DNA from: a bacterium
GTDB taxonomy: Bacteria; Hinthialibacterota; Hinthialibacteria; Hinthialibacterales; Hinthialibacteraceae
Reading direction: 5' to 3'
NCBI GenBank assembly: GCA_041946805.1
Contig: JBHGBC010000003.1
Span: 1 to 64,000 of the forward strand
Length of the DNA stretch: 64,000 bases
The notes under the pieces were generated by a model, which did not search any database, had not been told where the DNA came from, and saw nothing but the letters and a program-made list of their open reading frames with translations. Numbering within the stretch: the first letter of the stretch is position 1; each line of letters opens with the position of its first letter. Shown piece by piece: positions 10,085 through 20,089 of this stretch. Made by a program: the position numbers and the translations under genes.

Positions 10085-11458
10085 TCACTCCCCCGCCCCG
10101 GCCCTCCATGACTTTTCGATCTCCTCCAGTGTCCGGCCCTTGGTTTCGGGCACCATGATCCAGACAAACACGAAGGTGAAGAGGCTGACCAGGCCATACA
10201 TCCAGAAAGTCAACGCCGGACCGATGGCGGGATTGTCGTTGAGCATGGGGAAGGTCAGCGCCACGGTATAGCACGAAAGCCAGATGGTGAAAGTGGCCAC
10301 CGACATCGCCCGCCCGCGGATCTTATTCGGAAAGATTTCCGAGCACAGAATCCAGGAAATCGGTCCCATGGAGGCCGCGAAAGCCCCGGTGAACGACACG
10401 ACACAGAGCAGCAGGATCAAGCCGCCTTGCTGGATGTGGAACATCCAGCCGATCAACGCCAGCGCGCCGGTCTGCACGGCGGCGCCGGTCAAAAGCAGCG
10501 GTTTGCGGCCCGCCTGGTCCACAAAGGCGATGGCCACAAACGTGAACAACAGGTTGATCAATCCGACCCAGGCAGTCGAGGTGAACGCGGCATCCTTCAC
10601 CGCCCCGGCCGATTCGAAAATCTTGGACGAGTAATAGATGATGGCGTTGATCCCGCAGAACTGAGAACAAGCCATCAACACCACGGCGATGATCAGCGGC
10701 TGGCGGTAGGCGCTCGCGGACAGATCGGAAAAGCGCCCCTCCTCCTGACGCAACGTACCGCGGATGGCCGCCAGTTCGAGTTCGGCATGTTGCGTGCCTC
10801 CCACCCGTTCCAACACAGCCCGGGCTTCCTCCTCGCGTCCCAATTGAGTCAGCCAGCGGGGACTTTCCGGCACGAGAAAGAGCAATCCGAAAAAAAAGAC
10901 GGCGGGCAATACTTCCATGCCCATCATCCATCTCCAGCCCAAGGCCGTGTTCCAGGCCTCATCGCCCATGCCCTGGATCACCTTGTTCACGAAAAGGGTG
11001 ATAAAGATGCCGGTAACGATGGCCAGTTGAAAAAGCGAGCCCAGACGCCCGCGCCATTTTTCCGGGGAGATTTCGGCGATATAGACGGGGCAGATCATGG
11101 ACGAGGCCCCGATCCCCAGGCCGCTGACGAACCGGGCCGCGAGAAACTGGCCGAACGTGCGGGGAATGGCCGAAAAAACGCCCGAAATGGCGTACAAAAC
11201 CGCGCTGAGGAACAGCAGTTTCTTGCGGCCGAAGCGGTCGCTGAGGAATCCCGCGAAGAAGGCCCCGGGGATGCAGCCCAGGATCGCGCTGGCCCCGGCC
11301 ATGCCTTCCTGCCGGGGCGTCAGGCTCATGTGCGCCTTGAGGTACGAATTGGCCCCGTTGATGACGGCCGTGTCGTACCCGAACAAAAAACCGCCGAGGG
11401 CGGTGACCGCGGCCGCGAAGAAAACGTAGCGAAGCGATGCCGTTGCGGGGGAGTTCAT
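10085..11458 (-). CDS. sugar porter family MFS transporter (XylE/GalP/AraE-like)
   Basis: GGFLFGYDTAVI, DRFGRK, PVYIAE, PESPRWL, QFCGINAIIYY, PETKG motifs. Confidence 0.95.
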   Translation of the reverse strand: MNSPATASLRYVFFAAAVTALGGFLFGYDTAVINGANSYLKAHMSLTPRQEGMAGASAILGCIPGAFFAGFLSDRFGRKKLLFLSAVLYAISGVFSAIPRTFGQFLAARFVSGLGIGASSMICPVYIAEISPEKWRGRLGSLFQLAIVTGIFITLFVNKVIQGMGDEAWNTALGWRWMMGMEVLPAVFFFGLLFLVPESPRWLTQLGREEEARAVLERVGGTQHAELELAAIRGTLRQEEGRFSDLSASAYRQPLIIAVVLMACSQFCGINAIIYYSSKIFESAGAVKDAAFTSTAWVGLINLLFTFVAIAFVDQAGRKPLLLTGAAVQTGALALIGWMFHIQQGGLILLLCVVSFTGAFAASMGPISWILCSEIFPNKIRGRAMSVATFTIWLSCYTVALTFPMLNDNPAIGPALTFWMYGLVSLFTFVFVWIMVPETKGRTLEEIEKSWRAGAGE

Positions 11459-11597
11459 GCGGAACGACCTTTCTGGAAACCTTGAATAAAAAAAACGCCA
11501 GCGCACAGCCTAACATATATAATGAAAGACCGAATGCCCCGGGCGGGGCAAGGGGGCGGAAAAATCCCTTATTGGTTCAATGAATAGAAACAAGGCC

Positions 11598-12248
11598 ATG
11601 AATCCCATCGATCCGATCATCCATCAAATCCACGAGGCGTTCGGCGGGAATCCCTATCCAGGCGATCCGTTCCTGCAGGGCAGTTTCGAGGGCTGCGAGC
11701 CGTTCGAGGCGATCGCGCCCTTCAAGGGACGGATGGATTGGCGGACCCTGGAAGCCAAAATGCTGGACGAGAACTACACCGCCCTGAGTTTCTTCTCGGA
11801 GGCCGGCTTGCGTTTCTTTCTCCCTGCCTTTCTCCTCGCCGATTTGCGGGAGGAGCTGCAGACCGCGGACCCGCTGTTCACCCTGACGCATGGCTTTTAT
11901 GACTTTGCGATACAACACGAACGGAAGGGCCGGGTATTCACCATTCGCAGCGGCCGGACGGTGTTGCTGAATCCCCGGCGCTATGGCGCGATGACGCATT
12001 TCGATTACGCGCGGTACCGTTTGTCCATCTTCACGCGGGATGAGGCGCGGGCCATCGTGGCGTACCTGGAGTACAAACGGGACGCGGATCCCTACCATAT
12101 CGCGGAGGACGCGATCAACGGGGCGCTCGCTCTGTTCTGGCGGGACCGGGCGGAACACGCGCCCACGGCGGAGGATCTCCGGCGGCACCTCACCCGGGAG
12201 GAGGTCTATTTCAATACTATTAAATCCGAGGCCGGGGAGGATGAATAA
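11598..12248 (+). CDS. hypothetical protein (DUF6714-like)
   Basis: IHEAF...ALSFFSEAGLRFFLPAFL pattern. Confidence 0.6.
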   Translation: MNPIDPIIHQIHEAFGGNPYPGDPFLQGSFEGCEPFEAIAPFKGRMDWRTLEAKMLDENYTALSFFSEAGLRFFLPAFLLADLREELQTADPLFTLTHGFYDFAIQHERKGRVFTIRSGRTVLLNPRRYGAMTHFDYARYRLSIFTRDEARAIVAYLEYKRDADPYHIAEDAINGALALFWRDRAEHAPTAEDLRRHLTREEVYFNTIKSEAGEDE

Positions 12249-12252
12249 TTAC

Positions 12253-12459
12253 AGTTCATCCGGTCAGCGCGTACAGGATGGTGAAATAGTATTCCATCCC
12301 CTCAATGGCAGGGGCGGACACCAAGGTCCGTCCTACAAAATTCCCTCACCCTAACCCTCTCCCAGAGGGAGAGGGAATATGGGGGGCGGTTCCCATCGAT
12401 CCACTAGAAGAAATATCAACCAGCCATCTGGAAAAAAGTACGCACTTGCCGAATGAGCC
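12253..12459 (+). mobile_element. MITE family 1, copy 3
   Basis: AGTTCATCCGGTCAGCGCGTAC...GTACGCACTTGCCGAATGAGCC; collinear with 5150-5358; degenerate flanks ATAATTAC / ATATTTCC; fills the gap between convergent genes. Confidence 0.8.
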
Positions 12460-12467
12460 ATATTTCC

Positions 12468-14480
12468 TTACGCCCCCATCGCCTCGGCGATGATTTCGGC
12501 GACGTCCCGCACCTGGACCGAATCCTGCGCTTGGACTTCCTTCACCCCGTCTTCGAGCATGGTCATGCAGTACGGGCAGGCCACCGCGATGGTCGACGGC
12601 TGGGTGGCGAGTGCTTCTTCGGTGCGTTCAAGGTAAATCCGCTTGCCGGTTCGTTCTTCCAGCCACATGCGGCCGCCGCCCGCTCCGCAGCAGAAGCTCT
12701 TGTCCTCCCGGCGGGGCATTTCCAAGGGCGGAACGCCTTCGGAAGCGGCGCGGATCAGATTGCGCGGGGCTTCGTAGATGCCGTGGTAGCGGCCCAGGTA
12801 ACAGGAATCGTGCAGGACGGTCCGGCCGTTCACCCGTTTGCGGAGGTTGATCTTTCCTTCCCGCACCAGTTGATCGATGAACTGGGTGTGATGGATCACA
12901 TCGTAATTCGCCCCAAACTGCGCGTAGTCGTTTTTTAACGTGGTGTAGCAATGGGGGCAGTGGGTGAGGATCCGGGTCACGCCGTATTTCGCGAACAGTT
13001 GGAGATTGTCCATCGCCAGTTTGTGGAAGACATACTCGTTGCCCAGACGGCGGAGCGAATCGCCGCAGCATTTCTCTTCGTTACCCAATATAGCCCACGA
13101 CACCCCGGCGGCGTTCAGGATCCGGGTCATGGAGGCAACCACGTTGCGGCCGCGGGAATCGAAGGCGCCCGAGCAGCCGGCGAAATAGAGATACTCCACC
13201 GGCCGGCCCTCTTCCACCACCGGAACATTGAGGTCCTGGGTCCATTTGATCCGGTCGGACGGCGCGATGCCCCAGGGATTGAAGCGTTGCTCGGTGTTCT
13301 GGAAGAACTGCAGCAACTCCTCCGGGAAGCGGGCCTGCTCCATGACCAAGTGGCGGCGCATTTCGATGATCTTGGGCACGTGCTCGATGAAGACCGGGCA
13401 CTCGACCATGCACGATCCGCACGTGGTGCAGGCCCATAGGTCCTCCTCGGCGATGCTTTCCTCGCCCTCGCCGATCAGGGCCACTTTCATGGCGTCTTCA
13501 TCGACCGCGGGAGGCAGAGAATCGATGCGGCGGTCGTTCCACATGGCGCGGCTGTTGATAAAGAGATTGCGCTTGCCTTCATGAACCAGAAGACGGGGAT
13601 TGAGCGGCTTGCCGGTGCGCTCGGCCGGGCAGGCCGCCTGGCAGCGCCCGCATTCGGTGCAGGCCATGAAATGCAGCAGGTCTTTCCAGCTGAATTGGTT
13701 GATCTTGGAGACGCCGAAGTTGTTGCCTTTCTCAAACGCCAGGGGAGGAACCGTCTTGGGAACCGAGAAACTCCGGAAAAAACAGCTGGGAATGGCGGTC
13801 AGGATATGGAGATGCTTGCTGAAGGGCAGGTAATTCAAAAAAGCGAGCAACGCCAGGGCGTGAATCCACCAGAACATGCCGGTCACCACTTCCGCGGCGT
13901 GGGGGGATAACGAAGCGTACAATCCCGCGGCCAGGCGCGAGACCGGCATCCAGGCGGTCCAGGAAGTGGCGCCCAGGTGGATTTCCCCCGCGTGGAATCC
14001 GAAGTAGGCCGCCATCAGCATGGCGATCCAGCCCAGGATCAAAAACGCGTCGAGCGAGGCTTCGATGTAATCGGGCCGGAAGAAAATCCGCCGGGCCGCG
14101 GCCACCGCCACGGCCGCGAGGACCAGAACCGACATGACCTCGGTCATCACCAGCAGCACGCCGTAGGGAATATGCCCGATGAACGACAACGAAAAACGGG
14201 GGAAAAGGCCGGACACCAGAAATTCGAAATTCAACAGCAGCAGGACCATGAATCCCCAGAAAATCAGGAGGTGATTGAAACCATAATGGGACCGGAGAAC
14301 ACGCATCTGGCCGAACGCGTAGAACAACATGCTGGCCATCCGGTCCTTGAGCCGGTCGAAACGGTTCTCCCACCGTCCCAGGCATAACATGGCGAACAGA
14401 CGGAAGAGGTTCCGCAAAAAGAAGGCGATGGATACGAAAAAGATCACCGCGAAGACGAGACGCGACCAGTTCATGTTCAT
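12468..14480 (-). CDS. membrane-anchored Fe-S oxidoreductase (FadF/HdrD-like; putative ETF:quinone oxidoreductase)
   Basis: N-terminal TM region with His residues, two CxxCxxCxxxCP motifs, two CCG domains (EKCCG, SFCCGAGGG). Confidence 0.9.
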   Translation of the reverse strand: MNMNWSRLVFAVIFFVSIAFFLRNLFRLFAMLCLGRWENRFDRLKDRMASMLFYAFGQMRVLRSHYGFNHLLIFWGFMVLLLLNFEFLVSGLFPRFSLSFIGHIPYGVLLVMTEVMSVLVLAAVAVAAARRIFFRPDYIEASLDAFLILGWIAMLMAAYFGFHAGEIHLGATSWTAWMPVSRLAAGLYASLSPHAAEVVTGMFWWIHALALLAFLNYLPFSKHLHILTAIPSCFFRSFSVPKTVPPLAFEKGNNFGVSKINQFSWKDLLHFMACTECGRCQAACPAERTGKPLNPRLLVHEGKRNLFINSRAMWNDRRIDSLPPAVDEDAMKVALIGEGEESIAEEDLWACTTCGSCMVECPVFIEHVPKIIEMRRHLVMEQARFPEELLQFFQNTEQRFNPWGIAPSDRIKWTQDLNVPVVEEGRPVEYLYFAGCSGAFDSRGRNVVASMTRILNAAGVSWAILGNEEKCCGDSLRRLGNEYVFHKLAMDNLQLFAKYGVTRILTHCPHCYTTLKNDYAQFGANYDVIHHTQFIDQLVREGKINLRKRVNGRTVLHDSCYLGRYHGIYEAPRNLIRAASEGVPPLEMPRREDKSFCCGAGGGRMWLEERTGKRIYLERTEEALATQPSTIAVACPYCMTMLEDGVKEVQAQDSVQVRDVAEIIAEAMGA

Positions 14481-14489
14481 CCTTTTACC

Positions 14490-15806
14490 TTAAACCCCGG
14501 CCAGGGATGGTTCTTCCATTTGGGAATATTTCCGCAACTCACCGATGAGAGCGGGGAGGATCTCGAACAAGTCCCCGACGATGCCGAGATGGGCGACGCT
14601 GAAAATGGGGGCGTTTTTGTCCTTGTTGATGGCGATGATGTAATCGGAATTCTGCATGCCCACGAGGTGCTGGATCGCGCCGGAGATGCCGCAGGCGATG
14701 TACAGCTTGGGTTTGACGGTCTTGCCCGTTTGCCCCACTTGATGCGCGTGCGGCAGCCATCCGGCGTCCACGGCGCTGCGGGAACAGCCGACCACTCCGC
14801 CGAGCAGACCAGCCAATTCCCGGAGCAGGGCGAAGTTCTCGGGGCCCATCATCCCCCGGCCTCCGCTGACGATGATCCGGGCGCCGGCCAGGTTCACGGT
14901 GGATTCCGAGCGCAGGGGGATCACTTCCAGGATCTTGGTGGCGATTCGGTCTTCGGGCAGGGAGAAGTCCTCGTGGAATACCTTGCCCTGACGGCTGGGC
15001 AGGAATTCCGGTTTGGGCATGACATGCGGCCGGACGGAAGCCATTTGAGGCCGTTGGGTTTCGGTCAGAATGGTGGCCATGATGTTGCCGCCGAAGGCGG
15101 GGCGGGTCTGTTCGAGGAGGCGGCCGTCCGGGCTGATGGAGAGGCCCGTGCAATCGGCCGTCAGTCCGGTGCGCAGTTGGGTGGCGACCGCGCCGGCCAG
15201 GTCGCGCCCCAGGCCGGTGGCGCCCATCAGCACGATTTCCGGTTTGTGCTTCCGGATCAGCTTCAAGGCCGCTTCCAGGTAGGGATGCGTGCGGTAGTGC
15301 CGCAATATAGGATGGTCGATGACGTAGACCGCGTCCGCGCCATAGCCAAAGGACTCAGGGATCAAGTGCCGGATTTCGCTTCCCAAAATGAAGGCCGACA
15401 GTTCGACGCCCAAACTCTTGGCCAAGCCGCGTCCGGCCCCTAGCAGTTCCCATGAGACGGGGTGGGCCGCGCCATTCGTTTGTTCCACGAAAACCCATAC
15501 GCCATTCCACTCCGCCGCGGCGGGTTCGGGCGCGGGGGCATCGAGGCCCGCGTGCGTCCGGTTGTACTCTTCCAGGATTTTCCGCTCATCCGGCGTGTAG
15601 TATATTTCCAGGGCTTCGGCGGGACAAATCTTGAGGCATTTTTTACATCCGATGCATTTCGCCAGGAGGATGACCGGCTCATCCATGGCGTTCATTTCGA
15701 TGGCGTCGACCGGGCAGGCGGACTGGCACCGGGCGCCGCATGCGATGCACTTGCCTTCGATATAGCGGGCCACGCCCCGCGGTTTTTTCAGTTTCATATC
15801 ATCCAT
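14490..15806 (-). CDS. etfA: electron transfer flavoprotein alpha subunit with N-terminal 2x[4Fe-4S] ferredoxin domain
   Basis: [13 protein letters not shown] and [43 protein letters not shown]. Confidence 0.95.
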   Translation of the reverse strand: MDDMKLKKPRGVARYIEGKCIACGARCQSACPVDAIEMNAMDEPVILLAKCIGCKKCLKICPAEALEIYYTPDERKILEEYNRTHAGLDAPAPEPAAAEWNGVWVFVEQTNGAAHPVSWELLGAGRGLAKSLGVELSAFILGSEIRHLIPESFGYGADAVYVIDHPILRHYRTHPYLEAALKLIRKHKPEIVLMGATGLGRDLAGAVATQLRTGLTADCTGLSISPDGRLLEQTRPAFGGNIMATILTETQRPQMASVRPHVMPKPEFLPSRQGKVFHEDFSLPEDRIATKILEVIPLRSESTVNLAGARIIVSGGRGMMGPENFALLRELAGLLGGVVGCSRSAVDAGWLPHAHQVGQTGKTVKPKLYIACGISGAIQHLVGMQNSDYIIAINKDKNAPIFSVAHLGIVGDLFEILPALIGELRKYSQMEEPSLAGV

Positions 15807-15878
15807 GGTATACCCCCACAAACGGTTGTCGGTACCAGACACCCTGAGCGGAAGACGGCGGCCGTAGAGGATTCCGGC

Positions 15879-16694
15879 TCAACCGTCCAGGATAAAATCC
15901 CACTCCTTCATCTTCTGGATCATGCGCTCGACGGCCGGATCGCGGTTCACGCCCAAACCGTCCACAATTTCTCCTTTTTCCCGTTGCGGCGCGAAGATCC
16001 GCCGCACCTGGGTGGGAGAACCCTTGAGGCCGATGGTTTCGGGATCCAGTTTCAGCACCTCGTTGGACCAGACCGGCACCAGGGCTTCTTCCGCCTCCAG
16101 GCGCTTGGGCACCGTGGGATACCGGGGGGTGTTGATCTCCCGGACCACGGTAAGCAGGGCGGGCAGCCGGGTTTCCACGATTTCGTAATGGGTTTCCAGC
16201 TTGCGCCGGACTTGGATAGATCCCCGGGCCGGATCGATCTCGAGGATCCGGTCAACCAGGGTTAGTTGCGTGAATGTGAGACGGCAGGCGATGCCGGGTC
16301 CGACCTGCGCGGTGTCGCCGTCAATGGTTTGCATCCCACAGAACACGAGGTCGACCGGCGTTTCCGAAGCGATTTTTTTAATGGCGGCCGCCAGGACCCG
16401 GCTGGTGGCGAGGGTATCCGCGCCTCCGAAGGCGCGGTCGCTGAGCAGGATCGCACGGTCCGATCCCAGGGACAACGCGCGCCGCAAGACCCGTTCGGCC
16501 GCCGGCGGTCCCATGGAAACCGTGGTCACCCATGCGCCGTACCGGTCCTTGAGCCGCAGGGCTTCCTCCAGGGCGTGCGTATCGAACGGATTGGTTATGA
16601 AAGGCACGCCTTCCCGCACCAGGGTGTTGGTCTTGGGATCGATCTGAACCAGAGTGGTGTCGGGAACCATCTTGACGCAAACGACGATATGCAT
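15879..16694 (-). CDS. etfB: electron transfer flavoprotein beta subunit
   Basis: MHIVVCVKMVPDT, NPFD, LSDRAFGGADTLATS, QTIDGDTAQVGP, GLKGSPT. Confidence 0.95.
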   Translation of the reverse strand: MHIVVCVKMVPDTTLVQIDPKTNTLVREGVPFITNPFDTHALEEALRLKDRYGAWVTTVSMGPPAAERVLRRALSLGSDRAILLSDRAFGGADTLATSRVLAAAIKKIASETPVDLVFCGMQTIDGDTAQVGPGIACRLTFTQLTLVDRILEIDPARGSIQVRRKLETHYEIVETRLPALLTVVREINTPRYPTVPKRLEAEEALVPVWSNEVLKLDPETIGLKGSPTQVRRIFAPQREKGEIVDGLGVNRDPAVERMIQKMKEWDFILDG

Positions 16695-17046
16695 ACGGCT
16701 CTCTCTCCTCGCTGCCCGCCGAACGGCCGGCCGGCGGATCCTGGATACACGAATCCCTCCCGGGGGGATTCAATCCTCGTTACTGGGCCTACCGTTATGG
16801 AAGTGATCCTATATATGGGGAAACTGGAAACAGTTCCAGATGGAAAGCCACCGGCTTTATCGCCAACCCAACCCGACAGGATCAAACCTCCTCAGACAGG
16901 TACACCGAACAGTATCCCGATATCCCTTGGCCTTTCGCTTGGCCTTCATCCCTTCCGGGCCGAAAAAAACGCGGGATTCGCGGTACTATCGTGAGTTAAA
17001 GTTTACGTCATTCAAACATCCCTTGCTGGATATGACCACCAGACCA

Positions 17047-17259
17047 CTAGACAGCCAGGGGGATGGATTTCTCATCCATCTTTTGAACACAATCCTTACA
17101 TAAAACCCGGCCATCGGCTTGCACCGAAACCAGCAAGGGGCGGGTCACGTCACAGTCCGGTCCCAGATATTCGCTGCCACACTCTTCACACACCAGCAAA
17201 ACGATTGGATTCCCGCAGTGAAAGTGAGGACCGCAATCGCAAAAATGATTGGTTCTCAT
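17047..17259 (-). CDS. small Cys-rich putative metal-binding protein (70 aa)
   Basis: MRTNHFCDCGPHFHCG...CEEC...DC...CKDC; GGGGGA upstream. Confidence 0.55.
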   Translation of the reverse strand: MRTNHFCDCGPHFHCGNPIVLLVCEECGSEYLGPDCDVTRPLLVSVQADGRVLCKDCVQKMDEKSIPLAV

Positions 17260-17520
17260 GGGCTTGATCCCCCAACGATGCCTTCCAATCTCAATCTCGA
17301 CCTCGTGCTTCCACTTCGCATTCCCGACCGAGGGCTGCCAAACGGTCTGCAAGATAAAAAAAGGCTGATTTCCAGGTTAAAATGTTATCCAACTCTGTAT
17401 ATTAATAATAGGTTATGGGGCCAATGTCAATAGGTTTTTCCGGATATTGGGAGGTTTTAAGTATATTTATTTAACCATTTATTTCTGATACTTAAGTAAA
17501 TTAGGTTATTTTTATCAATA

Positions 17521-17537
17521 TTTATCAAAATGATAAA
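17521..17537. promoter_or_regulatory. candidate operator palindrome
   Basis: TTTATCA-AAA-TGATAAA in an AT-rich non-coding stretch; extra TTTATCAA half-sites at 17511 and about 17756. Confidence 0.35.
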
Positions 17538-18060
17538 CTTTCGTGTTGATTCCGGGGCAAGCCGATGAAAACCTTTTCACATCATGATCTTATAAGGCCC
17601 AAACGAGTGCGGCGCAAATATGGAATCATGAACATCGGGGACAAAAATGTCGATTGATTTAATAATCTTTAGATCGATGATGGATATTAAGGGAGGATTT
17701 TGGGTACCCGATAAGCCAATCGAAGTAAACGGATGTCCATGCAGAATTTACTATTTTTATCAAAAAAGTAAAGTATGCGAATTGTTATAGATGAAAATCA
17801 TGAATGCCAAGGAAAAAAACCGGGAGAGTGGATCACCGGATGAACTAGGACTCGGCGATCACCTCCCGAGAAGGAGCGGCCCGGTGGTAGTCTCGGCTTT
17901 CCCATATATACCTTCGCAATTGTTCGTTTTCCATGTTGGTGAGCAACGCCGCGCTTTGAGCCCACCCAATATGCACGAATCTGCTAATGTAACGTGCGCA
18001 GACACAGCAGGAGCACGCTGCGACGTGCCCTGTGATGCATGCCTGGATACTTAAACCATC

Positions 18061-18918
18061 TCATTTCCCGTCCTGGGTGGAATCGAAAGCCGAGCTGAGT
18101 CCGCCGAACTCCAGATAGCCAAAGCGGCTGGGTTCATGAAAGGTTTTGGTCAGTGTCGGCGACCAGCTGAGCAGTTCCAGTTTGCCACCGGTCCAGCGGT
18201 CGTAGCGGTAAAAATTGGCCCGCCACACATCGCCGGGATTCGGCGCCGGGTGATCCAAATCCGAGAAGGGCAGAATCACTTCAACCTGCCATTTTTTGTC
18301 CGTGTCACCGGGTTTTTGCACCGTCCCTTCCGCCACTACCTTGGCGGTCATGCCTTTGGCGGTCCAGTTCCAGTCGCCCTTGATGCTTTTGGAAAATCCG
18401 TTGGCGTCCAGCTGGTTGCGGATCAGCGCGTCGAAGATGGTCCCCAGCGGATTCCATTGCAGTTCGAAATAGGTTTCCAGGGCTTGCGGAGTAATGAAGA
18501 ATTCCGCCACTTCCTCGTTCCACAGTTCGCTGTCCCGTTGAGTGAAGGTGGCGAGAATATCGGAGTCCTGGCATGACCAGCCGATATACAGATTATGGTT
18601 GTCGTACCACAGCCGGACTTCGGTGGACTCGGCGCCGGGTGCGCTGCCATCGTTCACAATGAACGGAGACAGGACGGCGGCCTGTTGCCAGACCGCTTCC
18701 TCCAGGATCCCATCCAGATGGATTTCGCCGCTGAGTTTGGGCACGGTTACCCGGTTGGGAGGTGTCAGGGCCTTGGGGGAGGACGAGGCGGGACGTGCGC
18801 CGGCTTCTCCTGGAGAGGCCGTTTCCATGCCCACCGTGAAGCCCGTGATGCCCAGGAATCCCAAGCCCAGGGCCAGGCCCGTGAATCGCCGCGCGGATTG
18901 TAGAGTTCGTTTGATCAT
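18061..18918 (-). CDS. secreted CBM9-like (DOMON-like) carbohydrate-binding protein
   Basis: IHLDGILEEAVW, TEVRLWYD..LYI, YFELQWNPLG, WRANFYR, FHEPSRFG. Confidence 0.85.
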   Translation of the reverse strand: MIKRTLQSARRFTGLALGLGFLGITGFTVGMETASPGEAGARPASSSPKALTPPNRVTVPKLSGEIHLDGILEEAVWQQAAVLSPFIVNDGSAPGAESTEVRLWYDNHNLYIGWSCQDSDILATFTQRDSELWNEEVAEFFITPQALETYFELQWNPLGTIFDALIRNQLDANGFSKSIKGDWNWTAKGMTAKVVAEGTVQKPGDTDKKWQVEVILPFSDLDHPAPNPGDVWRANFYRYDRWTGGKLELLSWSPTLTKTFHEPSRFGYLEFGGLSSAFDSTQDGK

Positions 18919-19372
18919 GTTTTTTCCAATCGTTTCGTAATGGGGAACGGCAGAATGAACGTGAAGGTAATCGTAGCAAAACCAGGCCGTAGTAATCAAT
19001 CCATTTCGTTCAGGGTTTTTTTTGAAAATATTTTTAGCAATATCCACTTGTTTTGCCATTTACCGTTACGATGGAAATAGATACAATGCGGAGAATCGAT
19101 TTCGCGATGAAGAATCAACATGATTGGTTGAAGGGACCAAGGCATTATGAGTCTGCTGGGCGTATTCCTTTCGATTGGGGGTTTTGTTGCGGGTATCGGG
19201 CTGATTCTTTATGGGATAATCAAATAATCTAACCATATTCCTGCACCACGGATTTTCTATCCGGACACCTGCCGGGAGAGTGATTGACCTGCTGGTGCAT
19301 CCATGGCATGATCGGCGGGATAGTCCAGGAATCCCGAGGACCGGATTCCCATCTCCTGACGAGGTATGCCGG

Positions 19373-20026
19373 ATGAAACGGCGGCGGCTTTTCTCCATTC
19401 CCGCCGGGAAGGGAATCCCGGTTATCGCCCGAATCCCATGGATTCGGGGAGCCGTGGCCTGCGTCTTGATCACCGGATGCAGCCTGGTTCTGACGGAAAG
19501 CTGCGCGCATACCCGCGTGACCGTGGAAGGCCGGGACCGGATGCCGCAAAGCAAGGCCATCGCGCAGGAATTTTCCACCACGTTGCGTTCGGAATTGCAC
19601 CAGGCCATTCAGGAACACGGGCCGGCGGGGGCGATTTCCATCTGCAAGGGGATCTCGCCCCGCATGGAACAGCGCTTCGCGGCTGAGTATCCCGAGCTGA
19701 TCCGCTTGCGGCGGATCAGCCTCAAAACCCGCAATCCCCAGACGCACACGCCCACGCCCGAGGAAAAACAATGGCTGTTGTCCGCTCAGGAGGCGATGCG
19801 GGAGAATAAAACCGTGGATCCCGGCTTGATCGTGACGCGGGGAAAAACCACCGTGTTGTTTCCCATCACCATCAACGATCCTGTTTGCCTGTTGTGCCAT
19901 GGTGATCCCCAGACCATGATGAAAGAGGTCAAAACCGCTCTGCGCACGCATTATCCCCAGGACCAGGCCACCGCATATCAACTGGGCGATTTTCGCGGCG
20001 CGTTGGCGATAGAATGGCACAATTGA
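19373..20026 (+). CDS. DUF3365-family c-type cytochrome (start uncertain)
   Basis: GAISIC, RRISLKTRNP, CLLCHG heme motif, YPQDQATAYQLGDFRGA. Confidence 0.8.
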   Translation: MKRRRLFSIPAGKGIPVIARIPWIRGAVACVLITGCSLVLTESCAHTRVTVEGRDRMPQSKAIAQEFSTTLRSELHQAIQEHGPAGAISICKGISPRMEQRFAAEYPELIRLRRISLKTRNPQTHTPTPEEKQWLLSAQEAMRENKTVDPGLIVTRGKTTVLFPITINDPVCLLCHGDPQTMMKEVKTALRTHYPQDQATAYQLGDFRGALAIEWHN

Positions 20027-20089
20027 CTTCCCTTCCCGATAAATCCTGGCCGAAATGTAAGGGCTTCCTGGCCTATCCACAGCAAGGAG

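Noticed and set aside
17350..17830. AT-rich region as replication origin or Rex/CRP site
   Set aside because: No clear TTATCCACA boxes or dnaA nearby; ATGAAAACCTTTTCACA has the wrong spacing for Rex or CRP.
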